From: Glaucostegus cemiculus
Taxonomy: Eukaryota
DNA: 64,000 nucleotides
NCBI GenBank assembly: GCA_976551045.1
Contig: CDPCPM010000020.1
Span: 1,984,001 to 2,048,000 of the forward strand
Direction: 5' to 3'
The position numbers and the translations under genes are program-made. Position 1 is the first letter of the stretch; the number at the start of each line of letters is the position of its first letter. Shown piece by piece: positions 25,086-37,090 of this stretch. The notes under the pieces were generated by a model. The model saw only the letters and a list, made by a program, of their open reading frames with translations. It was not told the origin of the DNA and ran no database searches.

Positions 25086-27076
25086 GAAGGGTCTACAAAG
25101 AGATATAGCAGATTAAGTAAAATTAAGCAAATTGGCAAGAAGATGGCAGATTGAGTACAATGTGGGTAACTGTGGTTTTGCAGTTTGCTAGGAAGAATTG
25201 AAAGAAAAACAAACTATGTTTTAAATGATGTGAAATTGGTAAATGTTGCGGAGAAGAGGTATCTTGGTGTGCTGTTTCAAGAGGCATAAAACAATCATTC
25301 AGGTACAGCAAAGAAATTGTAAACAAATGATATGTTGGTCTTTATTGCAAGGGTGCTGGAGTATAAGTGTGAGGAAGTCTGCTGAGATTGTGCAAGGCTT
25401 TGGAATACTGTGGGCAGTTTTAGTCTTTGCACTTAAGGAATACATTTACCTTGGAGTCAGGGCAGTAAAGGTTCACTAGATTGATTTCTGGGATGAACGG
25501 TTGCCCTATGAGGAGAGATTGAGTAAGACTGGCCTTTACTCATTGGACTTCACAAGGGATAAGGTATTTAGTACTGAGGTGGAGACAAATTTCTTAAAGC
25601 AGAGGGTTGTAAACTTTGGAGTTCTTTACCTCAGAAACCTACAGATGCTGTTATTGAGGATACTGAAGGCTGCAAATGATACATTTTGGACACTAAGGAG
25701 ACCAGAGGATATTGGGTGCAAGCAGTAAAATGTGCATGAGGCACAGAATCAGCAATGATCTTATTGCATCGCAGACCAGGCTTGGCTTCACCTGCTTCTA
25801 TTTCTTATGTTCTTGTGTATTCGGCAGGGGTGGACAGGTGAATCAAAAGGGAGATGTTAATGTTCCCAGTTTTTGTCCAATGTGTTGCTATTGTCCATCT
25901 AGAAGAATTTGCAGGATGGAGTGGCCTGGATATTGCTGGTGTTATAGCCACTGAATACGTAGGAACCCTTGTGGTAGGTCGTTGATTAATGTCTGTGGTC
26001 CACTGTATTGTCCAGTGGGATAGATTTGCAGTGGTGCTCTCAAAGCAGAGAGGAAAGGAATGTGGTCACAAGGCGGCCATTTTTTTTCCAAACTACCAAA
26101 TATTTCTCCGTCCACAGATGCTGCCTGGCCTGCTGAGTGTTTCTAGAATTTTCAATTTTTATTTCAGGTTTCCAGCAGCAGCAGCTTTTTGGTCGTAATA
26201 TAACAGATTAACAAACACAGCTCCAGCTTTTTTGTTAATATTGCAGGTACCTGGCTTGAACGTGGTTAAGTTTGATCACAGCAGTCGCAGCAGATCTGAA
26301 GCTGATGTTCCTTTGAATCGTCCAGGAAAGGCTCTTTCCATCAGTGTGCTCACTGATATTGGGTACATCTTAAAGTATTTGCAGGGATTATTTACAGATT
26401 TTGGAGTGTCGTGTGTGCAGTTTCTATTCAGTCACAGGTTGTGGACATCACTGGCGAGGCCAGCATGTATTGCCCATCTCCAACTGCCATTGAGGAGATG
26501 GAGTTGAGCCACTTCCTTGGACTGCTGCAGTCTGCCTAGTGAAGGTGCTCCCACAAGTGCTGCTGGGGAGGGAGTTCCAGGACTTAGACCCAGTGACAGT
26601 GATCAGCGATATATTTCCAGGTCAGGATGGTGTGCGACTCAGAGGGGAACCGGCGGTGGTTGTCCCCTCTACCTACTGCCCTTATACTTCTTAGTAGCAG
26701 ATCACTGGCTTGGGATATGCTATTGAAAAAGTTCTAGGTGAGGGAATGCAGCAAAGCTTGCAGAGGGTACACATGGCAGCCACAGTGTGCTGCTGGTGAA
26801 GTGAATAAACTGGTGGGTGGTTGTTCCCATCAAGTGGGCTGCTGTGTCCTGGATGGTGTCAAGCTTCTTGAGTGTTGTTGAAGCCACACTCATCCAGGCA
26901 AGTGGAAGATACCCCATCACGCTCCTGACTTGTGCTTTGCAGATGGTGGAAAGGCTTTGGGATGTCAGCAGGTGAATAACTCACTGTAAAATAAACAGCC
27001 TCTGACCTGCTTTAGAAGCCACAGTATTTACGTTTCTGCATGCTGGCTCAGGCTGCTTCAGTATTTGAGGAAATGT

Positions 27077-27290
27077 AAACAGAAATTGCTGGAAACACTC
27101 AGTAGGGTGGGTAGCACCTGTGGAAACAGAAAGAGCTCAATGGTTCGGGTTGAATACCTTTTGTCAGACCTGAAATATCAACCATGTTTCTCTTTCCACA
27201 GATGCTGCCTGATCTGCTGAATGCTTCCAGCATTTTCTGTTTTTATTTCTGATTTCCAGCATCTGTTTTTTTTCTTTGATTTTCACTATC
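27077..27290. mobile_element. Inverted pair of the abundant 'ccacagatgctgcctgacctgctgag' repeat (Penelope-associated/MITE-like); single arms at ~11545, 12445, 16090, 26105, 41520, 43125, 57510
   Basis: ~56-bp arms 27077-27132 and 27187-27242 are imperfect reverse complements. Confidence 0.7.
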
Positions 27291-27499
27291 TGAAGAGATG
27301 TGAATGGAAATGAACATTGTACAATCTTCAGAAAACATCTCTGCTTCTGACCTTATGTTAGAAGAAGGTCATTGATGAAGTAGCTGAAGAGGGTCAAATC
27401 AGGAACAGGGGCAGGACCCTGAGGAACCCTCCGAGTGATGTCCTGGATCTAACAGGATTTGCCTCTAACAATCACAACCACCCCAAGTCTAAATTATTT

Positions 27500-28030
27500 G
27501 CACAAGTGGTGAAAAACAGTGGTTGTAGCATTGATTTCAGTGGATCATTGCTTTTCACATTCTGCCATTCTGAAGAACCTCCATTTCCCAGAACAGAATT
27601 TGTTCCATCCTTTTTGAACATTCACATAACATTACCTCCCTTTTCTATTATAGTGCCTCTTCTGCCTCTTTCCCAGCTTCTTTTAGTATGCATGGATGCA
27701 ACCTTGGAATCTTATCTTCTTTGTTTGTCTAGTTTAACAAGTATCACCCTCCTTTCAATCTAAAATGTCTTGATGTGTTTTAATATTTTCAAATGTCCTG
27801 TCGATTTTGTTAATGCACCGGTGAAAGCTGAGACTAAGTACCTTTTCGATACTTTTGCCATTTTATTGAGTTGTCCATCATGTGAGTTCATCTTGTGCAT
27901 TCTTTAGTCACCCTGTCCCTATTTTAATAGTTCTTTCGTAATTTATACTGCTGTAGAACACGTTCCTATTTATTTTTGCATTGGCCAATTTTATTTGATG
28001 TTCCATGAACCCTTCTTGAATGTTATCGCA
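27500..28030 (-). mobile_element. Decayed CR1 fragment abutting the mip promoter
   Basis: gtgaaagctgagactaagtacc...ttttgccatttt mirrors aaatggctgaggcattaatcac...ttcactg of the plus-strand CR1 at ~23875-23920. Confidence 0.5.
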
Positions 28031-28149
28031 TTTTGACTTACTTCCCGAGAACGGAACGTACTGCAGACCGAGGATGGTGGAAACGGAAATCATTAGAATA
28101 TGCCTCCTGCCCCGGGATGAAACAGTTAAATGTAATGACAAACTAGCTA

Positions 28150-28200
28150 AGTCCCTCCCCCAGATTCAGAGCCCCCTATAAATACTTCATTCTGAGCAAT
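28150..28200 (+). promoter_or_regulatory. mip core promoter (C-rich box + TATA)
   Basis: TATAAATA at 28177-28184, ~120 bp upstream of the ATG, preceded by CCCTCCCCC. Confidence 0.7.
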
Positions 28201-28301
28201 TAAATTTGGGGAAAACGTTTGAGGAGCCGGGAGACAATTTCATCTTTTTTTAAGAATTTTCTGTTATTTTGTAATAGTCTGCTTTTTGGAAGATCAGGAT
28301 C

Positions 28302-28661
28302 ATGTGGGAGCTGAAATCCATCGCCTTTTGGAGGGCAGTGTTTGCAGAGTTTTTTGCCACCATGCTCTTCGTGTTTTTTGGACTGGGCTTTACTATGCGA
28401 TGGTCTCCGGGCCCCGTGAACGTGCTGCTGGTTTCTCTGGGTTTTGGCTTTGTCCTAGCTGCCCTGGTACAGGCGGTGGGGCATGTCAGTGGAGCGCACC
28501 TCAACCCGGCTGTTACCTTTGCTTACCTGCTAGGGGCGCAACTGAGCATGTTCCGCTGTGTGATGTACATAATAGCTCAGCTCCTGGGGGCAGTGGCAGG
28601 GGCAGCTGTGCTGTATGGGGTCACCCCTCCTGCTGTACGGGGCAACCTAGGGCTTAACACG
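28302..28661 (+). CDS. mip: Aquaporin-0 / lens major intrinsic protein, exon 1 (codons 1-120)
   Basis: [29 protein letters not shown]...[13 protein letters not shown]...VRGNLGLNT with first NPA. 360 nt; donor ACG|gtaaat. Confidence 0.97.
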
Positions 28662-30799
28662 GTAAATATGTTGGCAAATAGCACGCTACGAAAAAAAGTT
28701 AGTGTGAACTTGTACAAACTAAAACCTTGTTTTGAAAACCAATATTAAAGTTTGAAGCAAAATGGGAAATGTCCTGGAAAATCAATGTGTTAAAAAATAT
28801 AGTAACAAAGTTAGTTGGTAAATATGACGAGTGTAAAGGTGTAGAGACCAAAAAAGTAACATTTAAAGGATATCTTTATAACAGGCTTGGGATATAAAAT
28901 ATATTGGAGAATGAATTGAAGCAACATTGATAGCTTTTAATAAGTGTTGGGTTATATTATTCGGAAATTATTAATTTGCGTCCAAATTCTAAGACCGTCT
29001 AAACTCTGGGACTTAAACATTTACCCAAAGTTAAAAGCCAGGGGTGAACTAGGAACTAAATGATATTGCTTTCGCGGGGAGTTAAATGGATTAAAATAAA
29101 CGATGTCGTTCAAAGAATATGAATCATTTCAAATTGAAGATTCCTGTATTATTAAACCCTTCAAAACTGGACCGACAGAAAGCAGATCTGATTCTTTTAG
29201 ATTTTGTACATACAAATACAGATCAATTGGAAGTAACGTGTTATTCTAAAGTACTTATCAGCGGTTTATTCCTAGAACCATTTACTTGTTGCTCCACCAT
29301 AATTTAAGATTAATAAATAATATAGCAGGGAACGAGAGTCTAGAATTTTCCCGCGTAGAATCAGATCGTCAATTCCCTGAGATTTATTGATCGATGGGAA
29401 TGTCAAGTCAGATCGTGTGTACAACGTGAAAATTGAGAGAAAAAACTTAAATGGGGCATAGGGTTAATGGAAAAGTTTTCAATTTTGTTTCGGTAAGGCT
29501 TTACTTCATTTAGTGTTTCGCGCGGTTTTCAGAAAGTAGCCGCATAATTTTTGAAAACTGCTTTTAAAAACTTTCTGAGGCCGTCTCAGAGGGTTCGAGT
29601 TTGTACAGAGCTCTGTACAACACCGACTTAATCTACAGACCAATGTGACAAAGGTAGGAAAACCATGTGTTTATAATGCAAGGTCTGGTGAATTTCGGAG
29701 GGTTTGTTGCTTTAGTTTGATTGGTTCTGAACTGTATTTATCCGGATAACCCAAAGTGACAGATTTCGATTCAAAGATTTACCGTGTTCATTGGATTTCA
29801 AGCGCTAAATCATGTTACAAGGGAGTTAGTTTCTGTTTCAATTCGACTTCAACATTTTTAAAAAATGGGCATGGTTTTACTTGGGTTTTCGATTTTACCG
29901 TGGGCGTCCTAACTTAAGGAATTTTATTTTAAAGTTCTGTGAGCTAAATCTCTCAAGAGATGAACAGAACATTTTCAGAGATTTGAAAACATCTGGAAAT
30001 GTGTCGGCAGCTTTATGCAACTTTCAGTTGGCTCGGGAATTAATGGTTACAGTGAGCTTTCGGTTTTCTGAACATTTTGTTCTGCTTGTAAGTTGCTGGT
30101 GTGAAAATTGGGGAACCACCTTTAAAAGGAGAGAACGCAAAGCTCGCTCGGCTGTGAATTCACGGACGTTCTGCAGACACAGCTCACTGAGTTCAAAAGC
30201 TCCCCGGGTACAGTGTGCGTGTTTGCATTCTCAGCTGCAGTGATCGTACTCTGGCTCTGGGCTGCAGTAAGCCCCATACCTTTCAAATTCAATGACATCA
30301 ACGTGCGAAAGGATGCCCGTAGTCAAAAGGTAAATCACCTTTGTGATTCGGGAGACACGTTGAGGAGTCTGAGACCTCCCTCTAACGTGACGGGTGTTAA
30401 ACCTACAGGTATGTGGGAATTGGATTTTCATAAGGGACGGTGTAAGCACTCCTTCCAATACTAAGTCTGCTAGTGAATCTAGACACGATATTATGCGGGG
30501 ATCAATGTTTTGTTGCCCACTGTTTACACCACAAATTATATGCTTCGGTCACCTTGTCGAGAGCTGGCATCGCGATCGGAATAAGTTGTGAAAAGCTCGG
30601 ATCGTTTCAAATAGAATTACATGTTGTTTTAGGCTTTGTGGTGCTCCAGAGCATGGAACACGCGCCATAGGTGTGCTACCGTTGTCCCAATCAATATTTT
30701 ACGGTTGGAAATGTGTACCTAGCTAGCAGCTATCGCTTTTAGAATTTGCGTTTGATTTACGCCAAAATAAAATCTGCAATATGAACGGTTTCTGACAGG

Positions 30800-32025
30800 G
30801 CTGGTTGATGTCTGTGACTCAGGTCACTGTGTCGGGATTGCGGCCACATTCCAAAGCATACAGGTGGCAAAAAAAAACCCTCACTTGCAACCGAGACCCT
30901 ATCGCTAGCGTGCCTCAGTTTCGCTGTCAATTCTGGCGCGGTAAACCGATCCCCTGCGCTATTTGGAGAGCAGAGTTCTCAGTGTGACCTGGGCCATACT
31001 TCTCACTGAAAACAGAGGGAACAAGCCACCGATCTCGTTCCTCTTTAGGCACTGCCGCAGTGTGCAAAGTATCAGAGCAAGCTAGCTGGTCACTGATGGC
31101 GTTGTTTGTGGGATGTTGCTGTGCGCAAAACACCACGAAAGCAAACTGGTAATCGATGTTGTAGTTTGTGGGACCTTCCCGTGTGCAGTGCATCAAAGCA
31201 AAGTAAGGGCTGGGCACGGTGTTGTTACTTGTGGTGTCCTGTTATGTGCAAAGCTTCGCAAGAAAGGACTAAGTGCCAATTGCTTAAAATATTTAATGGC
31301 TCTGACTGTGCGCAAACGCCAGCAAAGCAGACAAGGCTACCGTTGTTGCTTGCGGGATCTCGCTGAGCGCAGAACATCGCCAAGATGCATTAGGTGGCCA
31401 TTAATTTTTAGCGACATTTTGTTGAGCGCAGAACATCGCCAAAACTGACCAGGTGGCTATTAATTACACGTTAAAATGGGATCTTGCTGTGCGCAAAATA
31501 TCGCTAAAACGGACTGAGTGTTCATTATTTTTTGAGACGTCTTGCTGAGCGCAAAACCACTGCCAATAACAGTCTATGTGGTTATTGAACTTATTGTTGC
31601 GTGCGGTATCTTGCTATGTGTAAATCGCCACCAGAGCAGACTAGACTGTCATTGGTCTAACTTCTGCACAAAACAGAGTACCTCATCTCGAAAAGCAGCG
31701 CTGCCTGTCCTTAAATATACTGTAGGGCTGTAGGATCTCGGCTGCAAGTTACCATCAGAACACTGTCTGGTCACTGAATCATTGCTGACTTTGGGATCTT
31801 TCTGTGTGCGTGAAACTAAAACCAATTAAGAGATAATTGATCTCATTTCTACTTGCAGGAATCCTGCTATGCACAAAATTTTGGCAAAAGACTTTGTACA
31901 TTGACGTTTTTGTTCTTTGTGGAATCTAGCAGAAATGTGATATTACATTTATCGAATGTTGATTGAAGTCTGACTACTGCATTTTGAGAAACAACTGAAA
32001 AGCATGATAACATTACAGATACATT
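30800..32025 (+). mobile_element. Deu-domain SINE with internally amplified core
   Basis: SINE-like 5' part (gcagagttctcagtgtgacctgggccatacttctcactgaaaacaga), then the array, then a weak tail. Confidence 0.6.
31005..31935 (+). repeat. Degenerate ~62-bp tandem array (~15 units) in mip intron 1
   Basis: Recurrent (gt)gggatcttgctg(t/a)gcgcaaaa anchor at ~31064, 31125, 31185, 31248, 31312, 31369, 31428, 31493, 31551, 31620, 31668, 31744, 31808, 31873, 31929. Confidence 0.88.
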
Positions 32026-33933
32026 CGAGTATCACTTGTGAAACAATGCAGTTCACTTGCATCAAACACTATCTGCTAATGATACTCTACAAAGATGTAA
32101 TGAGGAATAGTATAAGTATTTTACCCAAACTTTGCCTATTGAGGCATTGAAACAGTTAAACACATGATTCACATACAAACTCATTACCATTACCTTAGAG
32201 GGCTACCTAAACTTCAGTTAGTGGTGACACACATACATCTAGTTCTTGGAAGACTGGTGGTGGTTAATTCCCTACTAGTCTGTCAAAACCAAAATATAAT
32301 TCAAAACAGCTAGTCAGGACTGCAGTGTATAACCTGTCACTAGCCTTCCTAGGATTAAATATACAGTTCCCACTAGGGACTAGAAGCAAAATTCACTATT
32401 TGCTTGACAGGGCACAGTTGTATATTTTACTGTATTGTTGTACTATACAAAATACTGCATTGAAACCAATGTATAATCCAGCAACAGATCTTTAAGACTT
32501 GGACACTTTTCAAGATATCACAGAAAGTTCATTGAAATCCATTATTTTTTAACCAAGGATCAAACACATGGTTCAGCACAAACTAGGTATAAAAACTGCA
32601 AATTCTCCCCAAAGTACTTCTGATCTGAAAAGTTAAAATGAAGTAATAGTAGCACATTAAAAATACTGTTTAGTTTTAGCCATAAGCTGCAGACAGAAAT
32701 GATACATAAGAAATATGTTTTGCCCTTCTAAGCAGGGCAAATTGTCTGCATCTTTGAATAAGCATATGCATCTTATGTATCAATTCCTCAATTGCTTAGA
32801 GCAAAGCAAATTTCACTTTGCTTCTAACCTTGTGCCATTACCATGCATTCAGATTAATTCAGTAAGGCATGGTAGAATATTTCCTACTCCACCTCTAGTG
32901 TCTCTCATCCTCAAGAAAGGCCCATCTACTAGGAGATCAGAAAGGACAGGTACTTAAATATAGTAAAAGTTCTCAATTTCTTGGACATATTTCATCATTA
33001 ATGTGATTTAATTATGGGATGTTATAAGTTTCCCCTATGCTGAACAAAACCCCAGTTTATCATTAAATGCATTATTCCAATATTGATTTTCAGGGATAGA
33101 TATTGACAATTTGAGGAAGGTCATAATTGAACTCTTTTCCCAGTAGAAGGGAAAAAGCAGTATTTTTAAAATATTTACTTTTGTCCCAAATATAGCTTCC
33201 TTCTCCCTGAAATCATGACTCATTGCAGGCTATTAGCTTTCCTATCTGAAACACATGAACAGTCTCAATCCAATTCCACATGAATATGGTTCCACATCTT
33301 TGAACTACACTTAAGAACTAGTTGCTGTTTTCATTGCAATAGCAATGCAAAGCTATTGTATGGAAAATGAAATAAAAGCACTTGAAGGTTAAGTCATACT
33401 GTTGGGCAAAGTACAGATGACTTTGGTTTTACTCAGATATTTCATGGTTTCAAAACTGGAGCAACTCCATTTTCCATCCAGCAAAGAAATCCCTCAAACT
33501 GATGAACACTAAAACACCATTACACATATTGTTTGTTCCTACTTATTGGCTATTTGATTCACAAAGAAGGGTGGGATTGAGGTGTAATGGAGATTAAGAG
33601 GAAAATAAATGAGTAAATTTAACTAAATTGGGTTATTTCATTAAATTAATTACCAAGTTCCTGAAGTAATGACACAATAATGATCACTCACTAAGCCATT
33701 CATTTCTAAGTTGTGTATCATTTTAAGTCACGTAGCACTCAGTAAATCTGTGGTTTGAGATGGCATTCAAACACTCTCAAGTTCAGATCCAGGAATGACT
33801 GTAGAGTCTAACAGTCATGTGGTTTGTTGATTTTTAGTAGCAGACAAATACACTTGCCTGTAAATACACCCCTCTATATTCACTTTTGGTCTATTGCTGC
33901 CATTTCTAATAGTAATTTTTTTTTATTCTTTAG

Positions 33934-34098
33934 CTTCATGCTGGAGTGGGTATTGGCCAGGGCACAGCTGTGGAGATATTCCTTACTCTTCAGTTTGTCC
34001 TCTGTATTTTTGCCACAACAGACATTCGCAGAAATGGATTCATGGGCTCAGCAGCTATGATCATTGGCTTTTCACTCACTGTGGGTCACTTCTTTGGG
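33934..34098 (+). CDS. mip: mip/aqp0 exon 2 (codons 121-175)
   Basis: ttttattctttag|CTT...GGG|gtaagt. 165 nt encoding [55 protein letters not shown]. Confidence 0.96.
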
Positions 34099-35431
34099 GT
34101 AAGTCTACAAATTTCCACCTCATTTGTCAAAGGACTAGGGTTAAGTGTGGAAAATATACCCAGCTCTGGACTAAAAGGTAACAAGCACTCTCCCAACAGT
34201 TGAGTTGCAAAATACAACTCTCTGTAGTGTTGCCCCATCCAGGCTAGGAGGATCTCCAGTGTTTCAGTTTACCTTGGCTACAATACAACCAAGGTGCTAG
34301 AACTGGCTGTGGCCTCTCAGAGGAGCAAGGGTTTTAAATTAGATGTTGATCTTATACTGCTGATCATCATTTAACAATTCCTGTTGGAAAGTACAAACAC
34401 ATAAACATGAAGCAAAGACAGACACCACCACTACCTGATCACTGTACATGTATCAGCCTCTTTAAGGCACCAGCTTTAATTGATTATATATACCCTATCA
34501 ATCCATACATCATTGCCTCCTTGGAAAATTTACCCAAAATTAGAATGATAATTAACCTGAGTTCAGGTCATTGCAAAAGGTACAACTGAATCTTCATTCA
34601 GTTCAACTGGCATTAATGGGGTCCTTGCCACCTAGTCATGCAACCAGCTTCATTCCTGTTTAATGTAGACGGTTGTGGACCAACAACTGGGAAGTGAGAT
34701 TAACCCAACAGTCTGCCTTTGGCCTGCATGAACCACCTCCTATGTTGTAAATTTGTAAGTTCTTATGTTTCTGTGAGCTTCACACCAGGTCCAGAGCAAT
34801 CACCCTTCTGGGCAAAGGGCTACTTTATTATGGAGATCAGAGATCCTCAGATATAAATCGGATTCAGATTTCCATTTTGGGTGTTGACTGCTTGGCACTA
34901 TTGGAGGGCAAGATTTGGCCAGTTCCATGGGTGTTAGAAGAGAAGAGGTTCTGCAAAGGTAAGGCTTGAATTATTTTTGAAGGTTACTGGTGCCCACAAC
35001 AATAACCTGGACCACTGATGTCCCATCTTGCCCTGCCCACCCCTCTTTGATTGCTCCCCGTATCTAGCTCATCCTGCTGCCAGGTCCAGGAGTTTTTTTG
35101 TTGTCTCAATGAGTTGTTGGGTTGGCTAGTTTGGTATTTTGCAGCTCTCCTGAAGAATATAATTGAAGCCAAAGACTCAGAAACACAGCCAGAAAAGTCA
35201 ATTGTGATCCTGTGTGAAGAATTAGGTTTAATTAGCAAATGGCTTTATGTTCTTTCATATTTTCTTGGATAGTACTGACTATTCACAGAAGTTTTAAACT
35301 CATGGCTCTGAATACTCAAATGATGATGAGTGGTAATCAGTACCATTTCTTTTGAATTGTCTGTTAAAACTTTTTATTCATGCAATTATGTCTAATTGGA
35401 ATAATACGGTACTCTCTTCCATTTTCTCCAG

Positions 35432-35512
35432 CTTCATTACACAGGATGTGGAATGAATCCAGCAAGGTCCTTTGCACCAGCTGTACTGACTAGAAATTTT
35501 GGAAACCACTGG
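35432..35512 (+). CDS. mip: mip/aqp0 exon 3 (codons 176-202)
   Basis: ttttctccag|CTT...TGG|gtaagc. 81 nt encoding [27 protein letters not shown] with the second NPA. Not in the ORF track. Confidence 0.96.
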
Positions 35513-36635
35513 GTAAGCACAAACTGAATTCAACTAAAACCGAGTGAGCAAGTGAACAAATCTGTTTTACAAAAGCACAAAAACATCAAAGATGCTTGTA
35601 AGATACACCAACATTTCTTCAATCACCACACATAAACAATCAAGTTAAGAACTATGGGGGTTTTGTGCCTCAGGGATTTTGTATAATTAGTTACTGATTG
35701 ATGACAGATTCTTCAAATACAGCTAAACAAGTTCAGGTATAATGGGGACAATGTATTTAATTATTTCAGGTGGCTTTGTCCCAGTATGTCTGATCATATA
35801 TTCTGCTTACTTGTGAAGCACTTACAAAAGGTCAAAGGTTGCCCATAATTTTTGAAGAGGATCTGTCAGATCAGAAAATTCAAAACATCTGCTGAGCTTG
35901 TACATGCTAATTAATGGCAAGCTTTGCCCATTTTTAATAAAGCATATGCTTTTTAGCATGCCCTTGATTCTGAGTAATCTGAAAAACTAGTTTAGCACGT
36001 CAAGTGGCCTCTTCCTGGTCTACAGGCTTTCAAAAATAGACATACCTGAATTAAAAAGCAAAATCTTCTATAATTCAGCAGAAATTGACTATGTTAGCAA
36101 CCTCATTTAGAAAGGGAATAAGGAAGTATGTGATGGGAACTGGAAATCTCTCACTGAACACTAAAGGGTGCTTTTAAGTAGTTATTTGCTCTCTAACTTT
36201 AAAAAAAAAAGTTCCATAGCAGCAGCAGCAAGGTGGATCCTACTGCAGAAATTGTAACAGGCGAACATTCAACAATGCTGCAAGTATATATCAGGAATCT
36301 GAAAATCTTGCTCTGGGTGAGGGAAGGTATGAGGTATTGTCCTGGTTTCCACAGCCACCTCTGTTCAACTTTCTATCAAACTGATGTGGTTATATAGCAT
36401 TGCTGCATTTTGCCAAACTTTGTAAGATATTTTTAAGCTACTGGGCACTGTGTTGCTTCTGAACATCAAGCCCTGTGAGTCAAAGTGAATTAGCTCATCA
36501 CAGCCAGGTGTCAAATATCCTCAGACTTGGGATGAAAAAAAAAGCCAGCATTTCTGCTCCTATTCACTGTTGGTGACCCTTGTAGGAAAGTGTACATGGG
36601 CAGATACAAAAAGTCCTGTACTTTTGATCTCTGGG

Positions 36636-36775
36636 TGTAAAGCACTTTACAGTCAAAGTACTTTTAAAGTGTAATTACAGTTTAAAAGTACTTTGACTGT
36701 AAAGTGCTTTACAGTCAATACTGGCTCAATTTCTGATCTTATAAATAATTACAGTTATAAAATCAGAAATTGAGC
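36636..36775. repeat. Two adjacent inverted repeats (39-bp arms with no loop; 21-bp arms with 10-nt loop)
   Basis: 36636-36674 vs 36675-36713 (1 mismatch); 36724-36744 vs 36755-36775 (1 mismatch). Confidence 0.95.
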
Positions 36776-37090
36776 AAGCAATTTATACACAGCTAGCTCC
36801 CACAAATAGCAAAATGATAATGACCCAGGTATTGGTTAATAGTGATGTTGAAATTGGCCTGAACAGCTGGGATAATTCCCCTGCCCTTTTTCTTTTTGTA
36901 AAATGATATGGATTTGAAAGAGCAGATGTGGCCTCATCTGTTCCTTCAGATGAGGTGACGTCTCACCTAGTAGAGCACCCCCACAAGTACTGCACTGGAG
37001 CATCATCTAAAATTTTCATGCTCACATCTCCTGAGTGGAGCTTAAACCCACTATCGTCCAGAGGCAAGGTTGCTACCAACTGAGACACTT
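36640..37090 (-). mobile_element. Deu-domain SINE (SacSINE1-like)
   Basis: aaagcactttacag...gctcccacaaatagcaa...gtactgcactggag...gagtggagcttaaacccac...gctaccaactgag, the reverse of 675-1055. Confidence 0.75.

Larger units (their letters stand above)
22470..25820 (+). mobile_element. Long decayed CR1 (ORF1 end, endonuclease and RT) with two nested insertions
   Basis: attgtgggggactttaatctt (IVGDFNL), DKREPVDVIYLGFHNAFEKMPYKRLLLKI, PYEERLSKTGLYSL, tail cttatgttcttgtg. Confidence 0.85.

Noticed and set aside
28662-28748. ORF read-through of mip exon 1 into intron 1
   Set aside because: Canonical donor at 28661/28662 gives the conserved 360-nt exon; the extension has no aquaporin similarity.
31005-31935. 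CRISPR-like periodicity (~60-65 bp)
   Set aside because: Vertebrate intron; the 'repeats' are highly diverged, the 'spacers' are homologous to each other and there are no cas genes. It is a tandem array.
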